NCBI GenBank assembly: GCA_951406725.2
Contig: OX597839.1
Span: 31,186,001 to 31,250,000 of the forward strand
Source: Octopus vulgaris
Lineage: Eukaryota
DNA length: 64,000 nt
Direction of reading: 5' to 3'
Program-made: the position numbers and the translations under genes
Notes under the pieces: model-generated
Database searches by the model: none
What the model was told of the DNA's origin: nothing
Seen by the model: only the letters and a program-made list of their open reading frames with translations
In this document: positions 11,274 through 25,019 of the stretch, in pieces
How positions within the stretch are numbered: the first letter of the stretch is position 1
Layout: each line of letters opens with the position of its first letter

Positions 11274-12035
11274 TCAAACTGCTTCTATTCTTGGATGGGA
11301 TTTAAGAGACTCCTTAAGATATGTTGATACCCTGAACTGAAGGGTAGCAGCTGAACACTACTGTCTTGGTGTCTTGAAGTGAGGAATAACCCATCCACAT
11401 TTTGGGAAATAAGAAAAAAAAATGTTATGTCTGATTCAGTCTGATGGGAATTTTGTTGGTTTCTCCATTTTGGAACTAAGTGAATATTTCTTTCCTTGGT
11501 GTGTATGGGATGGAAGGAGGTGTCATTATCTTCTTGCCTAATGGAAAAACTTGCTCAAGTTTGCCTCCAAGGCCACCATTGGTGAAATCAGGTAAAGTCT
11601 TTTTAAATTCTTGTTTATCTTTTAATTATCTTCTATCTTTTACGTGTTTCTGTCATTGAACTGTGGTCATGCTGGGGCACTGCCTTGAAGGGTTGAGTCA
11701 AACAAACTGACCCCAGGACTTTTTTTTAAATGGTGTCTGATACTTATTCTGTCAGTCTCTTTTCTCTCTACCACTAAGTTATGGGGACATAAATGAACCA
11801 ACACCAGTTATGTGGTGGTGAGGGACAAATATAGACACACACATATACAACAGGCTACTTTCAGTTTCAGCCTAACAAATCCACTCAAGGCTTTGGTCAG
11901 CCCAGGGCTATAATAGAAGACACTCGTACCAGGTGGCATGCAGTAGGTCTGAGCAAGGAACCATGTGGTTGGGCATGTGTGTGTATACACACACACACAC
12001 ATATATATGTATGTATGTATACACACACACACACA

Positions 12036-12540
12036 TAGAGACCTTGTTTGGTCCTACCTGAGATTCAAAATCGAATCTAGAAATTCTCCCTAGCCATATG
12101 GCCTATTGTTCTATCGAGGGGGAATGCAGTTCTATGTGTTTTCCACATGACTCTTAACCGTTTCTATGCCATGAAAAGTTGATATAGATAATGAGTGACC
12201 TACATTAATTTAGCCATTGTCAGAACAGTATACCTCTTTTTCTAGCTGATCTGCATACTTATAAATGCTAGCAGTTTACAGGATAAAATCAGTTGGTGAA
12301 AAGTGACCGACAAAGGAGTAGGCTGACCTGCTGGAAAAAAAGGTATACCATGCTGACAATGGTTAAATTAATGTAGGTCACTCATTATCTGTTTCAGCTT
12401 TTCATGGCATAGAAACGGTTAAGAGTCAAGGGGAAAACATGTAGATCTGTGTTACTCTTTGATAGAACAATATGCTGTATGGCTGAGGAGAATTTCTAGA
12501 TTTGACTTCGAATCTCAGGTAGGACCAAATGAGGTCTCTA
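12036..12540. mobile_element. Foldback element/MITE with ~220 bp inverted arms, TA-flanked
   Basis: TAGAGACCTTGTTTGGTCCTACCTGAGATTC... vs ...GAATCTCAGGTAGGACCAAATGAGGTCTCTA; pairing continues through GACTCTTAACCGTTTCTATGCCATGAAAAG and ATAATGAGTGACCTACATTAATTTA. Confidence 0.85.
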
Positions 12541-13160
12541 CACATATGTATACATATACATACACACATACAATGATAGGTTCCCTCTTCAGCTGAGTGT
12601 TTCTAGTCTTGCAGGATGATGGGTGCCAGTGTCATGTATAAACCCAGTCCACACTTTGTACAGTGGTTGGCATTAGGAAGGGCATCCAGCTGTAGAAGCC
12701 ATGTCAAAACAGACAACAGGAGCCTTGGCAGCTCCTCAGCTGGTCAGCTCCTCAGCTGGTCAGCTCCTCTCAAACCGTCCAACCCATGCCAGCATAGAAA
12801 GCGAATGCTGAATGATGAATACACATAATATATACAATGGACTTCTTTCAGTTTTTGTCTACCTAACCCACCTACAAGGCTCTGATCAGCCTAGGGCTAT
12901 ATGGAAGATACTTGCCCATGGTTCCTTGTATTGGGATTGAGCCCAGAACCATGGGGTTGGGAAACAAGCTTTTTTTGACCCAGCCACACTCATTTTAATT
13001 CTGATGTTGTATGGGAAAAGGTTTTGACAGAATGGTGTGTTTGAAAAAAAAAAAAGAAATCAAATGAATAAACTTCGTATCGTAAAAAATAATAGATTTT
13101 ACAGGTAAAAGTATGAAGGTATTTTAAAAAAAGTGATTTTGTGAAAGGTATTATGAAAGG

Positions 13161-13430
13161 TGAGAAAATTTGGTAAATATTTTGAGTAACACCCACACGA
13201 TTTTCACTAAATCATGTACCCTGACCTCATAATATGCTGCAAATCCCTTATTTTGGTTCGGAAAAAAGTGTGTGTGTGTGGGTTCCCCCCACACCCACAC
13301 CCTTTTCCGAGCCAAAATAAGAGATTTGCAGCATATGAGGAGGTCAGGGCACTTGATTCCATGCAAAAATCCGAGTTTTTTTTTTTTTTCGTGCGAGTGC
13401 TACCCCAAAAACTTTACCGAAAATTTCTTA
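13161..13430. repeat. Long imperfect palindrome with almost no loop, probably the core of a non-autonomous DNA element
   Basis: CCCTGACCTCATAATATGCTGCAAATCCCTTATTTTGGTTCGGAAAA is mirrored by TTTTCCGAGCCAAAATAAGAGATTTGCAGCATATGAGGAGGTCAGGG. The ORF track gives the same peptide (PDL.ICCKSLIL) on both strands. Confidence 0.8.
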
Positions 13431-14009
13431 AAACTGAATTAGAAGCGTGGAATACAAAAATATAATGAAAAAGAAAAATGAAAAAAAAGAATTCATTTTT
13501 ATTGTGACTGTTGTTACGAAAGCATGCTCGGGGGGGGGGGGGCTCTGAAACGTTTGAAAAATAGAGATTTTTCTTTTTAAAATATTTCTTTTTATATTTC
13601 TTATATTTTTTTATTTCTTCGACAAAATTCCAATGACTAACACAGGTAAATTGTAAAGATATATTCCTGGGTGTGAGATTTAAATAGCAATTGGGTTTCC
13701 CCGTGCCTTATGATTGTGAGTTTGCTAGTGGAAATTGTGTGAAAGCCATTAATTACACACACACACACACACACGCAATTCTTTTATAATAGAAACAGGT
13801 TGCATGAATAAACGTGTCAATTTGTGTCTGGTGTGTGACCAATTGAAGCGCTTTGTGGTTCATTGATGTTTTGCTTTCATTTTTTTCTCTTTTGTTAAAT
13901 ATATTCCTTTTCACTGCATGAAAGGAAATTGTAACAATAATTTCATCCTTCCCAACATTGTAGTAATAAATAAGCTTTTCAGATGTTGCAGATAGAAAAA
14001 CCAGATAAA

Positions 14010-14195
14010 CAGACGTAGGTATTAAGTCGATTACATCGACCCCAGTGCATAACTGGTACTTATTTAATCGACCCCGAAAGGATGAAAGGCAAAGTTGACC
14101 TCGGCGGAATTTGAACTCAGAACGTAACGGCAGACGAAATACCACTAAGCATTTCACCCGGCATGCTAACGTTTCTGCCATGCTCGTCGCCTTAC
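14010..14195 (-). mobile_element. tRNA-derived SINE family B
   Basis: Minus strand TGGCAGAAACGTTAGC...TTCTGAGTTCAAATTCCGCCGAGGTCAACTTTGCCTTTCATCCTTTCGGGGTCGAT...AAGTACCAG. Other copies near 2620-2840(+), 15600-15780(-), 16920-17105(+), 18670-18870(+), 26200-26410(+). Confidence 0.85.
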
Positions 14196-17100
14196 CACTA
14201 CTACTAATCCTCGATTAACCCTGGTCAATCTTGACCAAGCAGTCTTGATGAAAAGCATTCCAGCCGTGACCGTTCTGTCAGTTTCCCATGCTCAGCGAAC
14301 CGAGAACTACATTGTTCTGTGTTCTTTTCTAAGAGAGTGGCGTGTAATTTGGGAGGTGATTTTGACTGCGATTTCTATCAGGGTGGGCGACCGTGTAGAA
14401 ATTCACGCGTGACTTGTTTGGTCCTTATATTTCAACAGGCAGGACGTTGGTGAAGGCGCGTGGCTTAGTGGTTAGGGTGTTGCACTCATGATTGCAAGAT
14501 TGTGGTTTCGATTCCCGGATTGGCAAAATATTCCATTTCACGTTGCTCTGGTGCACTGTGTGTAACCTGTGACGGACTGGCGTCCCATCCAGGGGGATTG
14601 TTGTTGTCTCGGTTACTTATAAACCATGGAAACCGAGTAATCAGTCCAATGTGTTCAAGGGTCTGACATAGTAAAGATGATGGGTTAGGGGCCATCTACA
14701 AATTAAAGGATTTCAGATCGAAACGGGTCTTAAATCCTTATGCAAGTCCTTTCATCATACTATACTGGTGCTCCACCAGTTAACGACACCGGGTCAATGG
14801 AACAGCCTGCTCGTGAAATTAACATGTAAGTGGCTGAGTACTCCGCAGACACGCAATCTCGAAGATTCAGTGTGACATAATCTGACAAGGCTGGCTCCTT
14901 TGAATTACTGGTACAACTCATTTTTGCCAGCTGAGGGGAGACTGGAGCAACGAGAAATAAAGTGTCTTGTTCAAGGACACAACAGGCCGCCCAGAATCGA
15001 TCTTAGGCTCGTGAGCCAAATACCCTAACCATTAAGCCACTCAGCCTCACCTTTCCAATATAGATAGTGACTTACATTAGATTTTTCAAGTTGTATTTTC
15101 ATCCCTGTGCCTCTAAAATGTTCTGGTGATAATTAAATATGAATAAAACTGACATCTTTTTGAGAACGGTTATAAAACTCTAACGGAACGTGTTGGCTGA
15201 CTTCAGCTTATCTGAATAAAGTTGTCGTTGATAAACTTGGGCAAATGTTTCATTCGGTGTGTACTGGAAGGACCAGATAAAACAATGTATGCTTGATTCA
15301 AAACAACGATAAACCTAATCAGTTCCATAAAATAAGCTTTCTTAGCGATTTTTTATCTGCAAAAATTCTCGTAAAATTATCAAAATTGAGATGCGGCACA
15401 GAGGTCACGGTCTCTAAGCAACGAAAATATTTTTGACCCTCGTAACTACTCGGTGTTTAAAAAAGTGCCATTGTTAATGTAACTTGAATTGGTGCCTAAA
15501 TACAGCTGGGGTTATCGCCAGACTAACAGAACCTTTTAGAAATACCTCGTTTGGAAATAAATGAATTAGGTTTGACATCTGGTGGATATTTTTTTCTACT
15601 CTAGGCACAAGGCACGAAAGTTTTGTGAAAGGTGGGGGCAGTCAATTAGATGGACCCCAGTACGCAACTGGTATTTAATTTATCGACCCCGAAAAGATGA
15701 AAGGCAAAATCGACCTCGGCGGAATTTGAAGTCAGACGAAATACTGCTAAGCATTTCGCCCGTCGTGCTAACGTTTCTTAATTTTTTTATTATCAATAAG
15801 GACATACATAGAAGGGACAGCAGAATGAAATCGAATGATTTTACATGAAATGCGATTGGGGTCCTTTTTCAAACGGATGATGATAGGACACAATAAGACA
15901 TATCAGATGGAGTGGAGGCAGGTTTATAACGGACCCCAAGAAGCCCGCTTATGTTTGAGGGTGAGTAAAGGATTATTTCCGTTGACGTCACTGCAGCAGG
16001 AAGTGAGAACAATATTGTTAAAGACTTGGAAATATCTCGTGTAAGCACAGACATGGCTGTCTGCTTAAGAAGTTCACTTCGCGACCCCATGGTTTCGAGT
16101 TCTATCAAACCGCACGGCACACTGCGCAAGGATCACCCACCATAGTCCCAGACCGAACAACACCTTGAAGCTCGTCGTGTGTGTGTTTTCACCCCCCACC
16201 GCTTGAACGTCGGTGCTGGTTTGTTTACGTTCCAGTGAACTGTTTGTCAAAAGTAACCAATAAGTACCAGACTTATTAAGTGCTGGGATCGATTTGTTCG
16301 ACTTATCGTACAAGGTAGTGCTCCAGCATGGCTGCAACCCAATGGCTGAAACTACAAAAGAATTTAAAAAGATTGCAGTCGGTTCCAAAATATATTTGAT
16401 TTACTTTATATATCCATATTAATTCCAAAATCTTCATTGCCAATTAAAGATTGATCTGAGAACTCTTTTGCAGTTTTCTCGCAGACTTTCGGCCAGGATT
16501 AGGATTCCAGCGAATAGTTTTATGGCTTTAAAAGGGAACAGAAGGCGCGTGGCCTGGTTGCTAGGGTGCTGGGCTGGCGATCCCATGGTCCTTAGTTCAA
16601 TCCCTGAGCCGAGTCTCGCTTTGATCTAAGATTAAGCAACAACATTGCTTTCAAATTATATTAAACTGAATTTTTATCGACACGGGACACGGTACGACCG
16701 CTCGAAATAGCAGCCAAATCCGTCCTAGAAACATTTGATTGTTTTTAAAATAAGTAGGACATAATGGCTAAAGTCGTTTTGACTTTTGGAATGATTGACT
16801 TCCGCACCAATTCTGATCTCGAGTGTCACATGTGTCTACATAACTCCCTCTCCACAATGCCTTATTGTTTCCTATACAAAAGGCTGACGAACCGGCTGAC
16901 TTTGCTGACTGCACCGGAAATACATGCTTAGCGGCATTTCTTCCGGTTACTTACGTTCTGAGTTCAAATTCCATTGAGGTTGATACTGCTCTTCGTTCTT
17001 TCGGGTTCGATGATATAAGTACCAGTTAAACACTAGGGATCGATGTAATCGACTTAACCCCATCCACCCCCACCCCCGAAATTGCTGGCCTTGTGCCAAC

Positions 17101-19356
17101 ATTTGAAATTGTCGTCTCATTTGAAGGCGCAGGCTGGTCCAGTGGTGAAGGAGTTCCTTTTCCGACTGCTCTTTCGGTTCGACCCCACTGCCTGGCTTCT
17201 CAGTGAAATTTTGCAGAGGGAAATTATAGAAACTCATCAAGTGGATTCTGCTTGACTGTGTCACGCTGATTTTTACCTGACAATCACAATGGTATGTGTG
17301 TGTGTGTGGAATAAATACGCAGCGATTGACACGTTCTTTCAAGAATGTAGTTGATCGAACAATTGAATCCTCATCGTTGAACGACGGAGACCCACCACCA
17401 CGATGGTCTCATAATTAAAAATTCTCTCAGCGAAATTGCAGGCTTAAGGGAGGCTAAAGTTGTCTCCCTTCTCAAATATATGGTTTGTCATTATTTATCT
17501 CCCTTTCACTGTCATTTTTTTCCTTCCTTTAAGTTGTTTCCTCACTGCTTTTAGATGAACAAAAAAGCAAAAGAAGGCATCTATATTTGGTTCAGACAGG
17601 AAGAGAAAGTCAGTTATATGTATATAAATATTTGATTGTCATTTTATCGACCCCCACCCACCCGACCTTAACTTGTGAGTGAATTTGGGTTGATGGAAAC
17701 CTGTTGGTGGATTGTACCTGTAATTCACAAAGGTCCAGTCTTGCCTCAAAGAGTTCCACTGAGTCTTTTTGAGAATTATGTCAAGTGTACTTGTGTCTGT
17801 GGTGTACTCAGCCACTTACCAATTCAACTGAGCTCCATTGCTCACTTGAGTGAACACCTGAGCACTAGTTGCTGGAAGATGTGACCGAGACACACACACA
17901 AACAGATACCACAGAGGCAGGTGAGACTGTGTTTGAGAAGTTTGCTTCCAATCACATGGTTCTGGGTTCAGTCCCACTCTTAGGCAAGTATCTTCCACTA
18001 TGCTCTTTGGTTGATCAGTCTCATCAGTGGATTTGGTAGATGGAAATTGAAAGGCCATCATATATATATATATATTTGTCTTGCTTATTTTTAATGCTTT
18101 GGTTTGTGCTGAGTTTTTATTTGAGAACATATTCTTTGTGGAAAATAGCGATTTGACGTCTATATCTAGCATGTTGACCATCCACTTTTAGTGGTCAGTC
18201 CTTTAAATTTTGTATGTAAAAATATTTTAATCTTCAGATTTTTTTAATATGCTGGGCCACTGGTTTTAATTGATTAATATCAATTTCTACCCTTATTAAA
18301 TTTTAAATTATATATATATATATATGTCTGTGTGTGTGTGTGTCCTTGTGTCTGTCCCCACCACCACTTGACAACCAGTGTTGGTTCGTTTACATCCCTC
18401 TAATTGATCAGTTTGGCAAAAGAGACCACTAGAATAAGTCCCAGGATTCAAAATAAGAAGTACGGGAGTCGCTTCATTTGACTAAAAATTCTTCAAGGCA
18501 GTGCCCCAGCATGGCCACATTGTAATGACTGGAACAAGTAAAAGATAAAAAGATAGACATCATTAGAAAACCATTTCAGGTTTTTATACAAGTTTTATGA
18601 AGAAAAATAAAAGTGGAAAAGCAGTTCTTAGTTGGTTTGTTTGCTTTAAATATTTGAAATAACAAAAGAGTGGTGAGCTGGCAGAGACGTTAGCACGCTG
18701 GGCTAAATGCATAGCGGTAGTTCATCTGTCTTTATGTTCTGAGTTCAAATTCCGCCAAAGTCAACCTTGCTTTTCATCCTTTTGGGGTCACTGTAATTGA
18801 CTTAATCCCTTTGTCTGTCCTTGTTTGTCCCCTCTGTGTTTAGCCCCTTGTGGGTAGTAAAGAAATAAATATATGAAATAACAAAACAAATATCGTCATC
18901 ATCATTATTTATCATCCGTTGTCCATGCTGGCATGGGTTGGACGGTTTGACTGGGCTGGCATGCTGGAAGGCTGCACTAGACTCCAGTCTCATTTGGCAT
19001 GGTTTCCTATGGCTAGATGCCGTTCCTAATGCCAACCACTCTGAGAATGTAATAGGTGCTTTTATGTTCCACTGGCACAGGTGCCATTTGCATGATACCA
19101 GGGTACTTTTACATGCCAGTGGCATGGGTGCCATTTGTGTGACACCAGGGTGTTTTTATGTGCCACAGGTATCTGTCACAACTGCAATTCTGCTTGGCTT
19201 GATGGGTCTTCTTCTCAAGCACATTTGGACCAAAATATTATGTCTCCTGTTCCAACCAGTTTTCATTCTTTGAACAATTCCTGCAGAATGAGTTGCTTTT
19301 TGAGGAGTTTTCAAAACTGTTCATCTTTTTGTAGCAGAAAGAAATAGAAAACAGCT

Positions 19357-19395
<39 letters not shown>

Positions 19396-19614
19396 CATAC
19401 ATACAACACCTACACTCATACAGTTAATATACATGCCAGGAACACACACACATGCAAGACATGTACACACATACATGTACATACCTTCAAGACACACCCA
19501 AACACACACACACACATCATTCACACACACACAATGGTACAACATTTCATGAATGAAAAAGTATTGGAGAGAGAGAGGGAGGGAGAGAGTGTAAATCCGT
19601 GTTTGCTAAAAATA

Positions 19615-19821
19615 TATACTCTTTTACTTGTTTCAGTCATTTGACTGCGGCCATGCTGGAGCACCACCTTTAGTCGAGCAAATTGACCCCGGGACTTATT
19701 CTTTATAAGCCCAGTACTTATTCTATTGGTCTCTTTTGCCGAACCACTAAGTGACGGGGACGTAAACACACCAGCATCGGTTGTCAAGTGATGGTGGGGG
19801 AACAAACACAGACACACAAAC

Positions 19822-19906
<85 letters not shown>

Positions 19907-20070
19907 CAACAGGCTTCTTTCAGTTTCTGTCTACCAAATCCACTCACAAGGCATTGGTCGGCCCGGGGCTATAGTAGAAGACACTTGCCCAAGATGCCAC
20001 GCAGTGGGACTGAACCCGGAACCATGTGGTTGGTAAGCAAGCTACTTACCGCACAGCCACTCCTGCGCCT
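19615..20070 (-). mobile_element. Full-length family A SINE
   Basis: Reverse complement of 28421-28820 with an expanded central (TA)n. Confidence 0.9.
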
Positions 20071-20909
20071 ATGTATATGTATATTACCAGCGACATAGAA
20101 AAGTAAAAAATGTGGTTGCCAGGACCTCACAAAAATAGCAACCAAACATCCCTGAAAGTACGTCCCTAGTGTCTTGGCTAATGTATTCTTTCATCCCTTG
20201 TGCAAAGAGGCCCTGGCTTAGTGGTTAGGGTATTCAGCGCATGATTGCAGGGTCATGAGTTCAATTCTCAGCAGCATATTGTATCCTTGATCAGCGCACT
20301 TTATTTCATATTACTTCAGTCCATTCATCTAGTAAATATGAATTGTACCCTTAATTCCAAGGGCCAGCCTGGACATATTTTGTGAGTCACACTGAATGTC
20401 CTTGAGAACTACATTAAGAGATCGCATGCCTGTGGAGTACTCAGCCACTTGTGCATTAATTTCATGAGCAGGTTATTCTGTTGATTGAATCAACTGGAAC
20501 ACACTCCGTGTCATAATCAACAGTGTGTCAGGAGGAGGACCTATAAAAAGACTGGATGGTCACAGCTGGATTGCCTTCAATCACAGCCCTGTTTGGTCAG
20601 AACTCTCTCTAAACAACTGCCAAAACCATTCTTTTACTGAATATTTCATTCGTTCTTCTAATGTCATCGCTGTTGCCAATTATTTCCTTGTTTATTTTGA
20701 TAATTTCAATTTAGGTTACAAAAGCCCATTGGACTGGGAGTACCAGCACTTGAGTATCCAAGAGATTTCTAGGAGTATCAGCACTTGAGTGGAGTGATAT
20801 CTCAAGGAGGGTTTTCCTACACTTAAAAAAATGAAAAAAAGGAAAAAAAGAAACTCATACATTATCATCATCATGATTTTGACTTCCACTTTTTTATACT
20901 TGAAACTGA

Positions 20910-21820
20910 ATAGCAATGGTCACATGCTTCTGGAGGTTTGTGAGGAATACAGACTTTACATCGCAGGCATTCACTTGATGCCCAGAGGGGATCACAATAC
21001 TGAAAGTGGTTGACAAGTTTGTCTACCTGGGCAGCACACTCAGCCATTCTTGCTCCCTGGATGATGAAATGTCTTTCAGGCTGCAGGGAGCAACTGATTC
21101 CTTCCGCCCTCTTGTGTCTCGTGTCTGGTCCCAACGTGGCATCACAAGGCAAACAAAAATTGCTGTGTACTGACATTGCTCCTTCACTCATGTGAGACAC
21201 GGACCCTTTACAAATGTCATGTAAAGGCCCTTGAACACTTCCATCAGAGACGTCTTAGACACATTCTTAAAACCTCCAGATACACAGGTGCTGAGGAAAG
21301 CTGATATCCCGAGTATTGAGGTGATGGTGCATGAACACCAATTACGTTGGGCAGGACACCTTATTAGAATGAAGGACAGCAGGATCCCTAAACAGATGCT
21401 GTATGGGGAACTTGTTAGTGGAAAACAACCCCGGCAGAAACCAAGGCTGCAATTTAAGGTACTGTGTCAAGTCCTCATTAAAGGCATGTAATATGCAGGA
21501 GACCGACCGGGAGAGCAAGGCTTGTCATTGCTACAGATGGAGGAAGCAGATTGAGTGGGGGTGGGGTGTTGGTAGGGACGGCTTTGAAAGAGCTACTATT
21601 CTGCATGAAGAGTTTAAGTGTGCTGCTTGAAGATGCACTGCGAGAGTAATGAATGGGGAAAGCTTGGTCTGCAATGCTTGCAGTCGTGTTCGTTTGTCAA
21701 GAGCAGGGCTCGTTAGTCACCAACGGAGCCGCAAGTTTAAAGTATAAGGTAGTCTTAAGCACACAATGTTCCTAAAGGTCGGAAATGGTTTTCCTTGGAC
21801 ATAAGTGGATGGCCATGATA
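20910..21820 (+). mobile_element. 5'-truncated, decayed RTE-clade LINE (RT C-terminus and 3' end)
   Basis: Frameshifted peptides LKVVDKFVYLGSTLS, VWSQRGITRQTKIAVY, QLRWAGHLIRMKDSRIPKQMLYGEL, CVKSSLKAC and a terminal C2H2-like remnant (CNACSRVRLSRAGLVSHQRS), typical of RTE/BovB-like ORF ends. Confidence 0.9.
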
Positions 21821-22233
21821 CATCCTTTAAGTTTGTTTATGGGAAACATTTGGAATATGCATATAAAAGCTGCCGTTTTGTTATGCTGGTTGCCATCTGA
21901 TGAGGCCAACTAGCAATAGTAGTTTTTTGGGGTCACACTGAGCTGTGCCGATATAATGTAGGATAATAATAATAATAATAATTATAATAATATATATCTA
22001 CTAAATATTTGTGAAAAGGATGGATGTTGTCTCACAAACAGTTGTGCAGGCAAAAGTGTTAGGAAATGTGGTCGGATTGTCCTGAAAATATGCACACCTA
22101 TGTTAAAAGTGGTGGGGAGTTTGCATGGCAACTTTGAGTTTGCTCAGTTGAAAGGCCTGGCCTCTAGGGCAAAATTCCTTATCTTTAAAATGTGGCCCAA
22201 GTAGACCCAAATGAAATCGGGATATAATACTAG

Positions 22234-22271
<38 letters not shown>

Positions 22272-23029
22272 TACATACATACATACATACAAGGTTTCTC
22301 ACTCAGACATAGAGGCACATGGCTTAGTGGTTATGATGTTGGAATCCTGATCATAAGATTCTAGTTTCGATTCCTGAACTGGGCAATGCATTGTGTTTTT
22401 GAGCAAAGCAGTTTATTTTGTTAGGGATTATATTATTTCTGCGGTGTTTATATTCCCCACCTGGACAGGACACCTGTCCGTTGCAAGATTCTTTATTTTT
22501 GCCAGCAAAGTGGACTGGAGCAATGTGAAATGAAGTGTTTTGCTCAAGAACACATCACCCAGTCTAGGAATTGAAACCTTGATCGTACGATCAGGAGTCC
22601 ACCACCCTAACCATTAAGCCACAGACTTCTTTCAGTTTCCATCTACTGAATCCACTCACAAGGCTTTGGTTGGCCCAAGGTAGTAGCAGAAGACAGTTGC
22701 TGAAGGTGTCACACAGTGAGATTGAACCTGGAACCATGTAGTTGGGAAGCAAGCTTCTTACCACACAACCACACCTATGTCTAAATGTATATGGATTTTT
22801 TACTGTTTACTTGTTTCAGTCATTTGATTGTGGCCATGCTGGGGCACCACCTTGAAGAATTTTTTGTTGAATGAATTGACCCCAGGACTTACATTTTTTT
22901 TAAAGCCTGATACTTATTCTATCGGTCTCTTTTGTTGAACTGGTAAGTTACAAGGATGTAAACACACCAACACTGGTTGTCAGATGGTGTTTGAGGTCAA
23001 ACACAGATACAAAGATACACATAGATATG

Positions 23030-23033
23030 TATG

Positions 23034-23111
<78 letters not shown>

Positions 23112-23246
23112 TATATATATATACACACACATATATATATATACACACACATATATATATATACACACACACATATATATATATATATACATACACATAT
23201 ATATATATACATATATATACATATATATATATACATATATATATAT
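23030..23246. repeat. (TA)n/(CA)n compound microsatellite
   Basis: Direct reading; similar tracts at 490-630, 36130-36440, 45635-45835, 50030-50255, 50530-50880, 60250-60720, 61415-61645. Confidence 0.95.
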
Positions 23247-23555
23247 GGAGGTGCAATGGCCCAGTGGTTAGGGCAGCGTACTTGCGGTCGTAGGATCACA
23301 GTTTCAATTCCCAGACCAGGCGTCTTGAGTGTTAATTGAGCGAAAACACCTAAAGCTCCATGAGGCTCTGGCAGGGGGTGGTGGCGATCCTTGCTGAAAC
23401 CTTTTGCCGCAACTTTCTCTCACTCTTTCTTCTGTTGGCCTGCTCGCTTTGCCAGCGGGGTGGCATCATTTGAAGGCTAAAACAATGCGAAGTGCATTGT
23501 GACCAGCGATGTGTAGCAACATCTGATAGCCTGGTCAGTCATGTGATCACATGAT
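23247..23555 (+). mobile_element. tRNA-derived SINE family D
   Basis: A box TGGCCCAGTGG and B box GTTTCAATTCC. Related TGGCTTAGTGGTTAGGG heads at 14455, 16543, 20210, 22313 (+) and ~15050, 22620 (-). Confidence 0.7.
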
Positions 23556-24571
23556 ATATATATATATATATATATACAGGCTTCTTTCAGTTTCCATCTA
23601 CCAAACCTACTTACAGGGCTTTTGTTGGCCTGAGATTATAGTAGAAGACACTTGCCCAAGGTGCCATGCAGTGGGACTGAACCTGTTTGGGAAGCCATGC
23701 TTCAATGTTTGTATATATAATATATATGTGTACATATATGTGTATGTATATATATATGTGTGTGTTTTATGTTTTACTTGTTTCAGTCATTAGACTGCGG
23801 CCATGCTGGGGCACTGCCTTGAACAAGCTGTTTTAATCAAACGAATTGACTACAGTACTTATTTCTCGTTTCTTTTGTTAATCCTGTTACATATTCTATT
23901 GGGGTCTAAACACACCAACATCAGTTGTCAAGCAGTGGTGGAAGACAGGCACAGACACAAAAACACACACACACACACACCTGTGCATGCATGCACATAC
24001 ACACACACACACATGCACACATGATGGGCTTCATTCAGTTTCCATCTACCAAATCCACTCACAAGGTTTTGGTTAAGCCCGAGGCTATAGTATAAGACAC
24101 TTGTCTAAGTTGCTACGCAGTGGGACTGAACCTGCAACCATGTGGCTGGAAAGCAAGCTTCTTACCATACACCCACACCTGCATCTATATATATATATAT
24201 ATATGAATGCCATGTATGTAGATGTTAGTGTATATAATGTGTTACATCGTTTGCACGGAGTCGTATTTAATTTTATCGTTCTGCACCAAAGTAATCAGTG
24301 TTGCCTAGCAACGCCAGTGGTGTAAACAGAAACTCCATGTCTCACTTCATCATCTTGTTGCTGTTGTTGTTGTTGCTTTCACCAAATAAATCTTTGCTGA
24401 AAGATGATGAGATGGGATTTATGGGGCAGAAACTGACTGTGGATATATATATAGATATATATCTACGTACTTACTATAAGGTGAGCACAAGTGTGTACGT
24501 ACGCTGCTGTATGTATATATAAGTATAAAAAATGGATCAAAAACGCAATAGAGGACAATAAAACGTTGGAC

Positions 24572-24738
24572 AGGAGAAACAGCAATTAGAAGGACATGGA
24601 AAAAAAGGACGGGTGGTTCATGGCCTTCTTTCTTCAGTCAAATTACCAGATGTCCTTACCATTTCGGGGGGCAGTTCAAAGAAGGCCACGAATGACCCGT
24701 CTTTTTTTTTCCCTGTCCTTTTAATTGTTGTTTCTCCT
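24572..24738. repeat. Foldback element (~60 bp arms), possibly Penelope-derived
   Basis: AGGAGAAACAGCAATTAGAAGGACA...GACGGGTGGTTCATGGCCTTCTTT vs AAAGAAGGCCACGAATGACCCGTC...TGTCCTTTTAATTGTTGTTTCTCCT. Confidence 0.75.
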
Positions 24739-24987
24739 TTTTGCCTTTGTATCGTCTATCTGTACCTAGACAAATATGTGTGTATGCATGTATATATTTA
24801 TACACACACACACATGCTATATATGCACACACACACACAGTATGGAGACTTGTACATCAAAATTTATCCCCCCAAACTCATATACACACAGACACACACA
24901 CACGTATAAGGGGTCGTTAAGTATTAAATGTCCAAAAATAAAATAAACTTAATTTGAAATCAAACATTTCATTCTTAGCAACCTAAA

Positions 24988-25019
<32 letters not shown>

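Noticed and set aside
22948-23339. Clusters of [12 protein letters not shown] ORFs (also near 4.1, 19.8, 36.1, 45.6, 50.0 and 60.3 kb)
   Set aside because: Dinucleotide microsatellites are open in most frames; artefacts.
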